Source: Candidatus Omnitrophota bacterium (lineage in GTDB: Bacteria; Omnitrophota; Gorgyraeia; Zapsychrales; Zapsychraceae). From it: a DNA stretch of 64,000 nucleotides. This document shows positions 9,745 to 19,339 of the stretch, one piece after another; positions within the stretch are counted from its first letter, which is position 1; every line of letters begins with the position of its first letter. The stretch is taken from contig JADFYJ010000011.1 of assembly GCA_015233115.1 (NCBI GenBank), positions 17,824-81,823 on the forward strand, given 5' to 3'. The position numbers and the translations under genes were made by a program. A model generated the notes under the pieces. The model made no database searches, was not told the origin of the DNA, and saw only the letters and a list, made by a program, of their open reading frames with translations.

Positions 9745-12700
9745 ATGAGTAAATATAGGACTTCAAACAGTCTATTTGTGCGTAAATTAATAAGTATATT
9801 TCTTATATTTACCTTTATATTCTCTTCAATAAATATTCCGCAATATGCTTATGCTCAAACCGCGCCGCTCATGCCCGTTCCCGGAACTATGGTCGGGTTA
9901 ACTCCGCCGTTTAATCCGCCGGTTCTTAAAGGTATTAAAGTCTATCCAGACAACCCGCTTCGATTTGATTTCATTTTGGATAACGGCTTCGCCCTTATCC
10001 AAAATGACCCTGAGCGACCAGCGGGAGTCGAAGGGTTACAACAAGAAGCGAAAAAGCTTATCAAATATTTTCTAGCCTCACTGACTGTTCCCGAAAACGA
10101 TTTATGGGTCAACCTGTCACCGTACGAAAAAGGCCGCATTGTCCCCAAAGAGTTCGGCCAAACCGAAATGGGCCGGGATCTCTTGGCGCAAGATTATCTT
10201 TTGAAACAAATCACCGCGTCCCTAATGTATCCCGAAAATGAAATCGGCCGAGAATTTTGGGATAAGATATACAAAAAACTGTATTCCTCTCCCCTTCGGG
10301 GAGAGGGAAGGGTGAGGGGTTTAGATATTCCTATCGATACGTTCAATAAGGTTTGGATCGTCCCAGAAAAAGCCGTAGTCTTTGAAAATGGTTCGACTGG
10401 CTCACCATGGAACGCAGCTTATGTCGTTGAAAGTAAATTAAAAGTCATGCTCGAATCAGATTATCTTGCCGCGTCGAAAAATATTGCGTCCTCGTTCGTA
10501 GGGGAGGGTCCCCGCCCCTCCCGCATACAAGAATCCGCCAAACAAATCATCCGCGAAGTCATTATTCCCGCGATCGAAAAAGAAGTGAATACCGGTAAAA
10601 ACTTTGCCCAGCTCCGTCAAGTCTACAACTCTTTGATCCTTGCTGCCTGGTACAAAAAGAAAATCAAAGAAAGCTTATTAAGCAAAATTTATGTCGATAA
10701 AAACAAAATTACCGGCGTAAACATTGATGATCCTAAAGCTGCGGAAAAAATCTGGGCGCAGTACGTCGAGTCATTTAAAAAAGGCGTTTATAACTACATT
10801 AAAGAAGAATACGATCCAAATACACAGCAAATCATTCCGAAAAAATATTTTTCCGGCGGGTTTGATGCCGCTCAATTATTTGGCAACAAAATAAATTCTG
10901 CCCTAACAATAACGAAAGTATTGCCTTCCAATAAAGCAAATGAAGAGAAGCAGCGTAATAGTGTGGTTTCAGTCAATATGGATCCGGTTAATTTTTGGGG
11001 TAAGATTCAAAAACGACTAACTCCTTTCATATTTGCCGCTTCGTTGTTGACTACATCTTACAGCGCGCTTGGAGTTCAATTTTTTAATCATGAACTAGAA
11101 GGGCATGGTAAAGAGACATCAATTGCTTTAGTGCAAAAAGGTGACAGCTTCATTTCCATTGCCCAAGCCATATGTAAAAAAGCCAAAAAATCTTTTACTG
11201 AAGAGCAGATCAAAAGAGTAGCCGACGCCATTAAAGAGGATAATGCGAAAAATTTAAAAGGAGAAAATCTGTCTCCCGGAGAAAATTTAAACATCAATAA
11301 AGCTGAAGGATTGGTTTGGTCCATTGATCTCTTGAATAATTCCCAAATCGTGGCCACATCCAAGATTGCTATTGCAGGGAATCAGCCGATTGATGTTTAT
11401 TTCATTCGACCGGCAGATAAAAAGGAATTTAATAATTTTGTTGCGTTTGCGTCGATTGAAACCGGGCAGCTTTTTATGGATGTTGATCAGTTTGTTGAGC
11501 AATTGAATGTGTTTAAAAAAATTATAAAAAATCCCCGTTCTGTTTGGGCGAAGTTATATCAAGGGAAAAGTGATCAGTATATATTTGAACATTACATGGC
11601 GGAAATGATTTACCATGAATATGTTCACACCTTGACAACGCCTATCATCCGTTCAAAAAAATTTGATTCTCAAACAAAGGAGTTTAAGGAATACCTGCAA
11701 GATGATTCCCATGACATTTATCGGGTGGCAGAAGAAGTGTCTGCCTATTTAGCTCAAGCGTCTGTGAGCGAAGAACCGGCCATGGCATTGACGGGATTGG
11801 TAGATAAAATTGATTCGCAACAATTCGGAACAGATGATTATGCTGCGGCTGGTTTTGTTTTGATGCGCCAAATCATGACCCCATTAGGATATGAACAATA
11901 TTTATTAAACACCATGAAGCAGCAACAAGGACGGGAAATAACCGCAGACGAAAAAAAAGGTTTGCATGAAGCTTATGAATCGGGTTCGTATGCGATGAAC
12001 GAATATAGGGGTGTATTAGCAAAATTTTTGCTTCAAAATCCAAAAGATCAATTACGGCAATCAACACACGCTTCATTCAAAAATATATTCGGAATCGATT
12101 TGCCTGGCTTTACTCAATTTACAATTCCGAGACAAGTTATAGAGGATTATTCAACAAGAGGAGCAGAACATAAATTAATAGATGCTGGCGACGTTATTAA
12201 AGATCAGGCGATGATTGCGGGAAAATTAAAATCTAAAATTATTCGTGCCTTGGCGGTTTCGTTAATGGCATATTATTTTACGGGATCTGTTAAGGGTGCA
12301 GAGTTTACGGATATTTCTTTTCCTTATGGATATAAAACAACAGTGGCAAAAGCGCAGACAGGGGATACACCCGAATCAGTGGTGAGAAGATTTGTTGATT
12401 TGCAGGTTGTGGCACAGAAAAAGTATATGCCTTTAGGGGATACGGTTTGGGATGAATTTGTTAGTAAGTATGGTTTGATTGATAATTATGGAGTACTACA
12501 AGAAAAATTTATAGCGTTGAAAGATTTTAACGAGTTTAAGTCGGTTATTGGTGCAATGAATGAGGAATATGCAAAGAAAATATATGATTATTTAAAGTTA
12601 ATTCAGGAACATATCTATAAACTCAGCCCAGATGAAATTGCCCAGATAACCAGTAAAATTAGTAAAAATTTACAGAGAAAAATAGCAAACGGTAAATTTG

Positions 12701-15700
12701 TTCCAGGCGAAATTGTTGATTTGAAATCAGCAACCGAGGAGTTGCGTTTTATTTCAACGCTCAAAAGCGATGATATCGTGGGCAGCACAACTGTTACTAT
12801 CAATAAGAATCCAGTAGAAATTTATTTTGTGAATAAAGATACCGGGGTTAGGTTGGCGTATACGTCAGAAAACAGGGTGTTTATGAATTTAGGAAGTTTT
12901 CGGGCAATTCCTGGTGAAACAAAAGAGATTATAGCCGAAGCCACGAAGGAAAGTATTTCACAATTACAGGTACGAACTTTTCCGGCAGGTATTAAAGACA
13001 GTGAGATTTTCTTTTCTAAACTTAGAGAACTATTGGCTCATGAGTTTGCGCATACGTTGACTACAGCTTTAGTGGAAAGTGGCGCAGTTAAAATATACCC
13101 AGCGCCAGTTTCGGATAATGAATACATGGCAACCATGGAAGTGTCAGGGATTTTGGGTCAAATCGCGGGTAGCGACCATCCGGTTAAAACATTTGCAGAA
13201 TTCAAAGGTGCGGCACAAAGTCTTTTTTTCGAAGGCGGGCAACAATATATTATTGCTTCGCAAACGATTAGTGACCGTATGCTTGAGCTTTTGCATTTTG
13301 GTGATTATGTGCTTAAACGGGAAAATGAAAAACGCGATAAGTCAGAAAAGGAACCGTCTAAACCATTAACTGCGGATGATTTCTCGAATTTGAAGAAAGA
13401 GGCGGTTACTCAAATTATGACAGATCTTAAACAATCGGGTTATATTAATGCCGAAGGTAAAATTTTACAATGTCCTCTTTTGGGTGATGCCAGGGAATTT
13501 AAAATTAATGGTAAATATTCCGATAAAGAACGTGAAATGATTTATGACCGCTTACTGCGCTCATATGATCTTAATTCGTGGGGTGTGTCGGAGGATTTAA
13601 AAGATGGTGCTGTTTTTAAGGAGGATGCAATCGAATTTTTTCTAAAGTTAAATCCGGACGCCGTGCGTCAGGCGGCTCGCGATGTTCATAAAGCCATATT
13701 TGGCGTTGACCTGTCCACAGATCCTGTGACAATTCCTGATTTTGTGAAAGAGTATAGCATTAAGAAATATTTTCCTGCTGAAGAAACGACAAAAAGCCAT
13801 AAAGATCAAGCAATGATTGTAGGGCAATTAAAGTACAAAATTATTCGGGCCTTGGCGGTTTCGTTAATGGCATATTATTTTACGGGCGCTGTTAAGGGCG
13901 CAGAATACACAGATATTTCATTTCCTTATGGATATAAAACAACGGTAGCAAAGACTCAGCAAGGGGATACACCTGAATCAGTTGTTAAGAGGTTTATTGA
14001 TTTACAAGTGGTAGCACAAAAAAAGTTGATGCCCTTGGGAGATACGGTATGGGATGATTTCGTTAAGTATGGGTTTATTGATAATTTTGGCGTGCTTCAA
14101 GAAAAATTTTTGGCATTAAAAAATTTTGAAGATTTTAAAAAAGTTATCGGCCCAATGAAAGAGGAATATGCAAAGAAAATATATGATTACTTAAAGTTAG
14201 TTCAAGAGCATATCATTAAACTCAGCCCGGATGAAATTGCTCAATTAACAAGTAAAATTAGTAAAAATTCGGTGGTAAAAATAAAACATGGAAAATTTAG
14301 TCCTGACGAAATCGTTGATTTGAAATCCGCAACTGAGGAACTCAGTTTTATATTACAGCTTAAAAGCGACGATATTGTCGGGAGCACAACAGTTTCGATC
14401 AATAAGAAGCCGGTAGAAATTTATTTTGTGAACAAGGACACCGGTGTTCATTTGGCATATACTTCGGAAAACAGGGTCTTTATGAATTTAGGAGGTTTTC
14501 GGTCTGCGACAACTGACACAAAACAGATTATAGCTCAAGCCAAAAAAAATAGTATTAGTCAATTAGATGTACGCGCTTTTCCTGTAGGAACAACAGATAG
14601 CGACATTTTCTTTTCTAAGCTCAAAGAACTATTGGCTCATGAGTTTGCGCATACGTTGACTACAGCTTTAGTGGAAAGCGGCGCAGTTAAAATATACCCA
14701 GCGCCAGTTTCGGATAATGAATACATGGCAACCATGGAAGTGTCAGGGATTTTGGGTCAAATCGCGGGAAGCGACCATCCGGTTAAAACATTTGCAGAAT
14801 TCAAAGGTGCGGCACAAAGTCTTTTTTTCGAAGGCGGACAGCAATATATTATTGCGTCACGCACGATTAGTGAGAGGATGCTTGAATTGTTGCATTTTGA
14901 TGAGTATGTGCTAAAACGCGAACACGAAAAACAAGATAAGGTGAAAAAGGAGCCGTCGAAACCATTGAAAGCGGATGATTTTTTTGGTTTTGAAAAAGAG
15001 GCCGTCCCGAAAATTATGGCGGATCTTCAAGGTATGGGGTATATCGATAATAAAGGAAATATTTTACAATGTCCGCTTTTGGGTAATGCTAAAGATTTTA
15101 AAATCAAAGGTCATTATTCTGCTGAAGAACGTGAAATGATTTATCGATATTTATTAAGGGCATTTGATCATCATATGTTAGGTGTCTTGCTGCAGTTACA
15201 AGATGGAATCGCTTCAGACGAGGATGAAGTTGAATTTTTTCTGGGTTTAAATCCGGATGCCGTGCGTCAGGCGGCTCGCGATGTTCATAAAGCCATATTT
15301 GGCGTTGACTTGCCCACGAATCCTGTGACAATTCCGGATTTTGTAAAAGAGTATAGCATTAAGAAATATTTTCCTGCTGAAGAAAAGACAAACAGCCATA
15401 AAGATCAGGCGATGACAAATGAAGAAACAGCTGCAACTAACATGAATCAAAATATCGAGCAAGAGCCTATACCAGTCTTTGGCATGTCTCCATGGCGAAG
15501 GGATAACATAAGCTTCAAACAAATTACTGATGTTGGCCGGTTGAATGCTGCAGGTGTACGAAAATTAATCGGGTATATCGATTCACTCCCTGCTCCCGAA
15601 GTTGAGCAAATCATTAAATATTATATGGCTAAGGGTTTTGGTGTTAAGGCATATAAAAACGGAGAGATTTCTATCAATGGAGGGGCGGTATTTGTTTGGG

Positions 15701-16095
15701 ATCGTGTTAATCTGCAAAAGCTGATTAATCAGAATTTAGGCATTTTGAAAGCAGCCGGAATACCCAGTGATAAGGACGGCGGGATATCTGCGGATGATTT
15801 AGCTGACTATATTGCAAAACATAACGTATCTTCTGAAAAATATCCTGAAGCCTATGCCACCGTTGGAATAGCTTTTGCTGATTCTCGTTTTAATCAGCAG
15901 GCATTGGCTTTTAATAAAGGCGGTATTGACTTGAATCCTGTAGACAAAACCTTGCAAATTCAAAGCAACGGCGATGTCATTAAATTCAACATCGACCCTG
16001 CCATGCTGGAACAGTTAAAAAATGCTTCCGGTTTTTCGCCTATCATTATCAATATTACGCCGCTGAAGGATTTAAAAATGTTTTTGGGGATATGA
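9745..16095 (+). CDS. giant secreted modular protein (2116 aa), paralogue of 40775..45784, with three HExxH modules
   Basis: The signal peptide ends in PQYAYAQ. An N-terminal domain of about 330 aa and the C-terminal 50 aa are conserved with the second giant ORF. The central part is a tandem of modules of about 535 aa each, carrying HEYVH, HEFAH and HEFAH. Confidence 0.8.
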   Translation: MSKYRTSNSLFVRKLISIFLIFTFIFSSINIPQYAYAQTAPLMPVPGTMVGLTPPFNPPVLKGIKVYPDNPLRFDFILDNGFALIQNDPERPAGVEGLQQEAKKLIKYFLASLTVPENDLWVNLSPYEKGRIVPKEFGQTEMGRDLLAQDYLLKQITASLMYPENEIGREFWDKIYKKLYSSPLRGEGRVRGLDIPIDTFNKVWIVPEKAVVFENGSTGSPWNAAYVVESKLKVMLESDYLAASKNIASSFVGEGPRPSRIQESAKQIIREVIIPAIEKEVNTGKNFAQLRQVYNSLILAAWYKKKIKESLLSKIYVDKNKITGVNIDDPKAAEKIWAQYVESFKKGVYNYIKEEYDPNTQQIIPKKYFSGGFDAAQLFGNKINSALTITKVLPSNKANEEKQRNSVVSVNMDPVNFWGKIQKRLTPFIFAASLLTTSYSALGVQFFNHELEGHGKETSIALVQKGDSFISIAQAICKKAKKSFTEEQIKRVADAIKEDNAKNLKGENLSPGENLNINKAEGLVWSIDLLNNSQIVATSKIAIAGNQPIDVYFIRPADKKEFNNFVAFASIETGQLFMDVDQFVEQLNVFKKIIKNPRSVWAKLYQGKSDQYIFEHYMAEMIYHEYVHTLTTPIIRSKKFDSQTKEFKEYLQDDSHDIYRVAEEVSAYLAQASVSEEPAMALTGLVDKIDSQQFGTDDYAAAGFVLMRQIMTPLGYEQYLLNTMKQQQGREITADEKKGLHEAYESGSYAMNEYRGVLAKFLLQNPKDQLRQSTHASFKNIFGIDLPGFTQFTIPRQVIEDYSTRGAEHKLIDAGDVIKDQAMIAGKLKSKIIRALAVSLMAYYFTGSVKGAEFTDISFPYGYKTTVAKAQTGDTPESVVRRFVDLQVVAQKKYMPLGDTVWDEFVSKYGLIDNYGVLQEKFIALKDFNEFKSVIGAMNEEYAKKIYDYLKLIQEHIYKLSPDEIAQITSKISKNLQRKIANGKFVPGEIVDLKSATEELRFISTLKSDDIVGSTTVTINKNPVEIYFVNKDTGVRLAYTSENRVFMNLGSFRAIPGETKEIIAEATKESISQLQVRTFPAGIKDSEIFFSKLRELLAHEFAHTLTTALVESGAVKIYPAPVSDNEYMATMEVSGILGQIAGSDHPVKTFAEFKGAAQSLFFEGGQQYIIASQTISDRMLELLHFGDYVLKRENEKRDKSEKEPSKPLTADDFSNLKKEAVTQIMTDLKQSGYINAEGKILQCPLLGDAREFKINGKYSDKEREMIYDRLLRSYDLNSWGVSEDLKDGAVFKEDAIEFFLKLNPDAVRQAARDVHKAIFGVDLSTDPVTIPDFVKEYSIKKYFPAEETTKSHKDQAMIVGQLKYKIIRALAVSLMAYYFTGAVKGAEYTDISFPYGYKTTVAKTQQGDTPESVVKRFIDLQVVAQKKLMPLGDTVWDDFVKYGFIDNFGVLQEKFLALKNFEDFKKVIGPMKEEYAKKIYDYLKLVQEHIIKLSPDEIAQLTSKISKNSVVKIKHGKFSPDEIVDLKSATEELSFILQLKSDDIVGSTTVSINKKPVEIYFVNKDTGVHLAYTSENRVFMNLGGFRSATTDTKQIIAQAKKNSISQLDVRAFPVGTTDSDIFFSKLKELLAHEFAHTLTTALVESGAVKIYPAPVSDNEYMATMEVSGILGQIAGSDHPVKTFAEFKGAAQSLFFEGGQQYIIASRTISERMLELLHFDEYVLKREHEKQDKVKKEPSKPLKADDFFGFEKEAVPKIMADLQGMGYIDNKGNILQCPLLGNAKDFKIKGHYSAEEREMIYRYLLRAFDHHMLGVLLQLQDGIASDEDEVEFFLGLNPDAVRQAARDVHKAIFGVDLPTNPVTIPDFVKEYSIKKYFPAEEKTNSHKDQAMTNEETAATNMNQNIEQEPIPVFGMSPWRRDNISFKQITDVGRLNAAGVRKLIGYIDSLPAPEVEQIIKYYMAKGFGVKAYKNGEISINGGAVFVWDRVNLQKLINQNLGILKAAGIPSDKDGGISADDLADYIAKHNVSSEKYPEAYATVGIAFADSRFNQQALAFNKGGIDLNPVDKTLQIQSNGDVIKFNIDPAMLEQLKNASGFSPIIINITPLKDLKMFLGI
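12037..15420 (+). repeat. intragenic tandem duplication of about 1.6 kb (two full units plus a partial third) inside the giant gene
   Basis: Units at 12037-13650 and 13651-15249 with a partial third from 15250. The segment 13026-13262 against 14626-14862 is nearly identical at nucleotide level, while the flanks are only protein-level similar. Confidence 0.8.
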
Positions 16096-16227
16096 CCCAG
16101 GGAACACTGCGGCGGTGGACCAGCGGCCACTGATGTGATATTCTATTTGTACCATGAAAAACAATCTTGACATATTCAAATTTTATGGTGTATTTATGGC
16201 GGAGTAAACTCCAAAAAGGAAGCAAAA

Positions 16228-18375
16228 ATGGAGATTAGATGGCTTTCCCCGTTTTTTCTGGGTTTGATATCAACCCTCGCCCAAATTATGCTTTTGCGTG
16301 AATTGAATGGGGTGTTTGGCGGGAATGAGATTGGATACGCGTTTGTGCTCGGGAGTTGGTTATTATGGGTGGCTCTTGGCGCTGCGGCTATTAGGTTATT
16401 AGGCTACCGAGTAAAAAATGTAAAAGTTTTACTGTTTATTGGGTTTTTGCTGTTTATTGGGTTTTTGCTGTTTGCAATCCTGATTCCTTCCTTAATTTTT
16501 TTATCCCGTTATCTTAAATTGTTTTTTAATATTCATCCCGGAGAATTAGTGGGTTTGCCGTGGATGATGGGTGTTTCTATCCTTGTGACCGCGCCGCTTA
16601 GTTTTTTAACCGGAGCGATGTTCGCGGTATGCTGTCTACCTTATAGAAAACAAAACTCGCGGAATAATGACTATGTCACTAAAATTTATTACGCTGAATC
16701 TTTAGGGTCGGCTTCAGGAGGAGCTTTATTTTCTTTTGTCATGGTATATTTCTTATCCAATTTGTGGATAGGGTTGGGGCTGGGAGCTTTGGATGCCAAA
16801 TCTAAACAAGCACAATGGTCACCCTTGAAGGTTGCGGCATATACAGATTCTTTGTACGGGCAGTTGACTCTTACTGAATCCAAGGGAGAATACAGTTTAT
16901 ATGAAAACGGTGGGCACAGTTTTACGACCGGGGATTTTTTATCGTCGGAAGAGATGACGCACTATGCCATGCTTTGGCACCCTAATCCTAAAAGAGTTTT
17001 GTTGATAGGAGGGGGAATGGGTGGGGCGTTAGAAGAGATTTTAAAATACAGATCAGCCCAAATCGACTATGTTGAGCTTGATCCAAAAATAATGAGTTTA
17101 AGCGGAGCTAATTTACCGACGCGGTATACCAAAGTTTTGAATGACCCGCGGACCCGCGTGATTAATATGGACGGACGGCGTTTTGTCAAAACCGCGCAGA
17201 TGAATGTTATGACCAAGTCTCCTTATGATGTGATCATTATTGGTGTCGGCGATCCGCATACTTTATTGCAGAACCGTTATTACACTAAAGAATTTTTTGC
17301 TGAGGCGAAACGGGTGCTTAATCAAGACGGGGTGATTAGTTTTTCCGCTCAGTCTGCGGCAGATTATCTGAGTAAGGAAAACCGTCAATCTTTACAATCG
17401 TTTTATTCCACCTTAAAAACTTCATTTAAAAATATTAAATCTTTGCCTGGAGACAGGCATATTTTTGTCGCGTCCAACCGGAATGACTTTGGGTCATGGA
17501 CAGCCGCGTTTTTTGAACAGCAGATCAAACAACGGGGGATTAATACACAATTTGTTTCTAAGGCGTATTTGCCCGCGCGGTTTGATCCATACCGTATAGC
17601 TGAAGTGGAAAAAATCTTGTCTGTTCCCGGGTGGATTAATACCGATGAAAGACCAACCGCTTTTTTATTAGATACCTCTTTGTGGGCCAGTCATTTTAAT
17701 ACTGGATTCGGTGAGTGGTTTGGCCGTCTTGCCAATATTTCTTTTCTTTTCGTTATAGGTTTTATTGTCATCTTGTTTTTGTTTTTTGCTGTTTGGTCGC
17801 GCTTCAAAAAAAATGTTGCCATGGGTACGGCAATTTTTGTAACGGGATTTTGGGGTATGGTTTATCAGATTTTGATCATTCTGGCGTTTCAAAGTATTTT
17901 CGGCTATGTATATCAGAAAATAGGTTTGATCATTGCGTTATTTATGCTTGGATTAGCCGGAGGAAGTTGGATAGCACAAAAACAGTCCCATAATAATGAT
18001 CAAAAGAGGATTCAGAAAATATTCAACAGTTCACAAGTTTGGGGCATGTTTTATTGTTTGTTTTTACCATTTATTTTTTTAGTGTTTCGTGATACTGTGT
18101 TGAAAGGTTTTCAAGTGGATATTTTGTTCTTCGTATTTATGAGTTTGCCTTTTTTAGCCGGAGGGATGGTCGGGTGGCAGTATGGCCTGGCTGTTATGTT
18201 ATTGGGAAATGAAAGCAGGTCTGCCACAGGTTTATACGCGTTGGATGTGCTTGGCGCAGCCTTAGGCGCTTTTTTAGCGGGGATATTTTTAGTGCCGGTT
18301 TTCGGTATCAGTCAGGTGTCATTGTTGTGCGGATTTTTGAATTTTGCTGTATTTTTAATCTTTGTGCTTTTTTAG
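16228..18375 (+). CDS. polytopic membrane protein fused to a spermidine-synthase-like (SpeE-fold) domain
   Basis: 715 aa with many TM helices. A central domain has an aminopropyltransferase-like fold (LIGGGMGGALEEI...VELDP). An internal 18-nt tandem repeat encodes LLFIGFLLFIGF. Confidence 0.6.
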   Translation: MEIRWLSPFFLGLISTLAQIMLLRELNGVFGGNEIGYAFVLGSWLLWVALGAAAIRLLGYRVKNVKVLLFIGFLLFIGFLLFAILIPSLIFLSRYLKLFFNIHPGELVGLPWMMGVSILVTAPLSFLTGAMFAVCCLPYRKQNSRNNDYVTKIYYAESLGSASGGALFSFVMVYFLSNLWIGLGLGALDAKSKQAQWSPLKVAAYTDSLYGQLTLTESKGEYSLYENGGHSFTTGDFLSSEEMTHYAMLWHPNPKRVLLIGGGMGGALEEILKYRSAQIDYVELDPKIMSLSGANLPTRYTKVLNDPRTRVINMDGRRFVKTAQMNVMTKSPYDVIIIGVGDPHTLLQNRYYTKEFFAEAKRVLNQDGVISFSAQSAADYLSKENRQSLQSFYSTLKTSFKNIKSLPGDRHIFVASNRNDFGSWTAAFFEQQIKQRGINTQFVSKAYLPARFDPYRIAEVEKILSVPGWINTDERPTAFLLDTSLWASHFNTGFGEWFGRLANISFLFVIGFIVILFLFFAVWSRFKKNVAMGTAIFVTGFWGMVYQILIILAFQSIFGYVYQKIGLIIALFMLGLAGGSWIAQKQSHNNDQKRIQKIFNSSQVWGMFYCLFLPFIFLVFRDTVLKGFQVDILFFVFMSLPFLAGGMVGWQYGLAVMLLGNESRSATGLYALDVLGAALGAFLAGIFLVPVFGISQVSLLCGFLNFAVFLIFVLF

Positions 18376-18386
18376 TTTTTTTGTTT

Positions 18387-18432
18387 TACTCTGTTACTTT
18401 GTTACTTTGTTACTCGGTTACTCTGTCACTTT
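18387..18432. repeat. tandem heptamer array, AGTAACA family (reverse orientation)
   Basis: The sequence tactctgttactttgttactttgttactcggttactctgtcac. Confidence 0.7.
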
Positions 18433-18448
18433 TACAAAAGGAGTTTGC

Positions 18449-18868
18449 ATGCCCACGAAAGTTAATCGCAATAAATTTTTCCGTTTAAACCAATACCAGT
18501 TATCAATTATTTTAGTTACATTTGTTCCTATGTTAGTGATGGCGGTGACTGTGACTTTTTTAGTGCGTAATATGCATATGCAGGCGATTGTGAATTTGAT
18601 TTATGGATCATCAACGGATATGGTGCATTTTATTGAACAGGCGGCTTTTGTTTTGTTAGCAACGGTTTGGACGTTATTTGTTATTAGTATGGTTATTGCG
18701 TTTTCAGTATCCAATAGGCTGGTAGGAGGGTTTGAGCGGATTTTACGTGAATTAGACAGCGTGATTGAACATAAATATCCCAACAAAATTGTAGCGCGTA
18801 AAAAAGATAAATTAGCCAGCGAATTGGTCAGCCGAATTAATATGTTGATTGAAAAAATCCCGAATTAA
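18449..18868 (+). CDS. small membrane protein (hypothetical)
   Basis: AAAGGAG lies 6 nt before ATG 18449 (MPTKVNRNK...). It has two TM helices. The ORF-track start at 18362 reads through the heptamer array. Confidence 0.55.
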   Translation: MPTKVNRNKFFRLNQYQLSIILVTFVPMLVMAVTVTFLVRNMHMQAIVNLIYGSSTDMVHFIEQAAFVLLATVWTLFVISMVIAFSVSNRLVGGFERILRELDSVIEHKYPNKIVARKKDKLASELVSRINMLIEKIPN

Positions 18869-18990
18869 GCGCGCGGTTGGGACGGTTTCGCATTTAAATC
18901 GAATCCCTTCGCTCAAACAACCTTGGCGCGGCGCCAAGGAAACTCGCTCTGGGGATTCAATTTAAATGCAGACCTATTTATTGGCACGCG
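18869..18990 (+). repeat. structured element of about 122 nt, copy 1 (family of 4)
   Basis: It starts at the stop codon of the preceding gene and has long inverted arms (ggtttcgcatttaaatcgaatccc / ggggattcaatttaaatgcagacc). A central 8-bp hairpin is ccttggcg-cgg-cgccaagg. The element is bounded by the GCGCGCGGTT / GCACGCG direct motif. Confidence 0.8.
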
Positions 18991-18998
18991 TTTTTATT

Positions 18999-19075
18999 GT
19001 AGCGGCGATCTTCTGCTTGCCTTGCCGTAGTTTTAAAGCAGGCAGGATCGCCTGTAACAAAATAATCGTTTTTGT
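18999..19075 (+). repeat. REP-like hairpin element, expanded or degenerate copy
   Basis: The sequence gtagcggcgatc..[33-nt insertion]..tcgcctgtaacaaaataatcgttttt. Confidence 0.5.
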
Positions 19076-19094
19076 TTTTTAAATTTCAGAAAGT

Positions 19095-19262
19095 TTATCC
19101 CGCCAGCGAATCGTTTTGGGAATAATAGCGCGCAGTTTGGAGCGGTTTGGTTTCTTCCGTTTTGCCGACTGAAAGACCTTTGAATATTTTATCAAACGGA
19201 ATCAAAATCGCGGCAAGAGCCAGCCCCATTAATTTCAAAAAATCTTTTCTGGAAAGCTTCAT
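19095..19262 (-). CDS. small ORF (55 aa) with a Tat-like (SRKDFLK) signal peptide, possibly a remnant
   Basis: MKLSRKDFLKLMGLALAAILIPF... lies immediately downstream of the radical SAM gene on the minus strand. It is below the 60-aa cutoff of the ORF track. Confidence 0.3.
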   Translation of the reverse strand: MKLSRKDFLKLMGLALAAILIPFDKIFKGLSVGKTEETKPLQTARYYSQNDSLAG

Positions 19263-19339
19263 TTTTATGTCTTGTTTTTAAATATTGATAAGAAAAATAC
19301 AAATAGTTGTCATCCCCGAGGTTTAAATCGGGGATCCAT

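Noticed and set aside
13026-14862. Near-identical segments inside giant gene 1 as a template-repeat / variable-repeat pair of a diversity-generating retroelement.
   Set aside because: There is no reverse transcriptase or accessory gene in the window. The differences are not adenine-specific, and the two copies are parts of a larger in-frame tandem module duplication.
840-15522. Numerous 60-130 aa ORFs on the strand opposite to or out of frame within large conserved genes. Examples are 840-1127, 1149-1538, 6152-6472, 6751-7200, 11088-11363 and 15247-15522.
   Set aside because: They lie embedded in well-supported long CDSs with clear homology and have no RBS or motifs. They are typical antisense ORF noise.
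18362-18448. Long N-terminal extensions of ORFs in the six-frame track, also at 27068, 27980, 62248 and 62878.
   Set aside because: The extensions are translated through heptamer arrays, the 122-nt element or the tRNA-Pro gene. Downstream ATGs with proper RBS spacing and homology-consistent N-termini were chosen instead.
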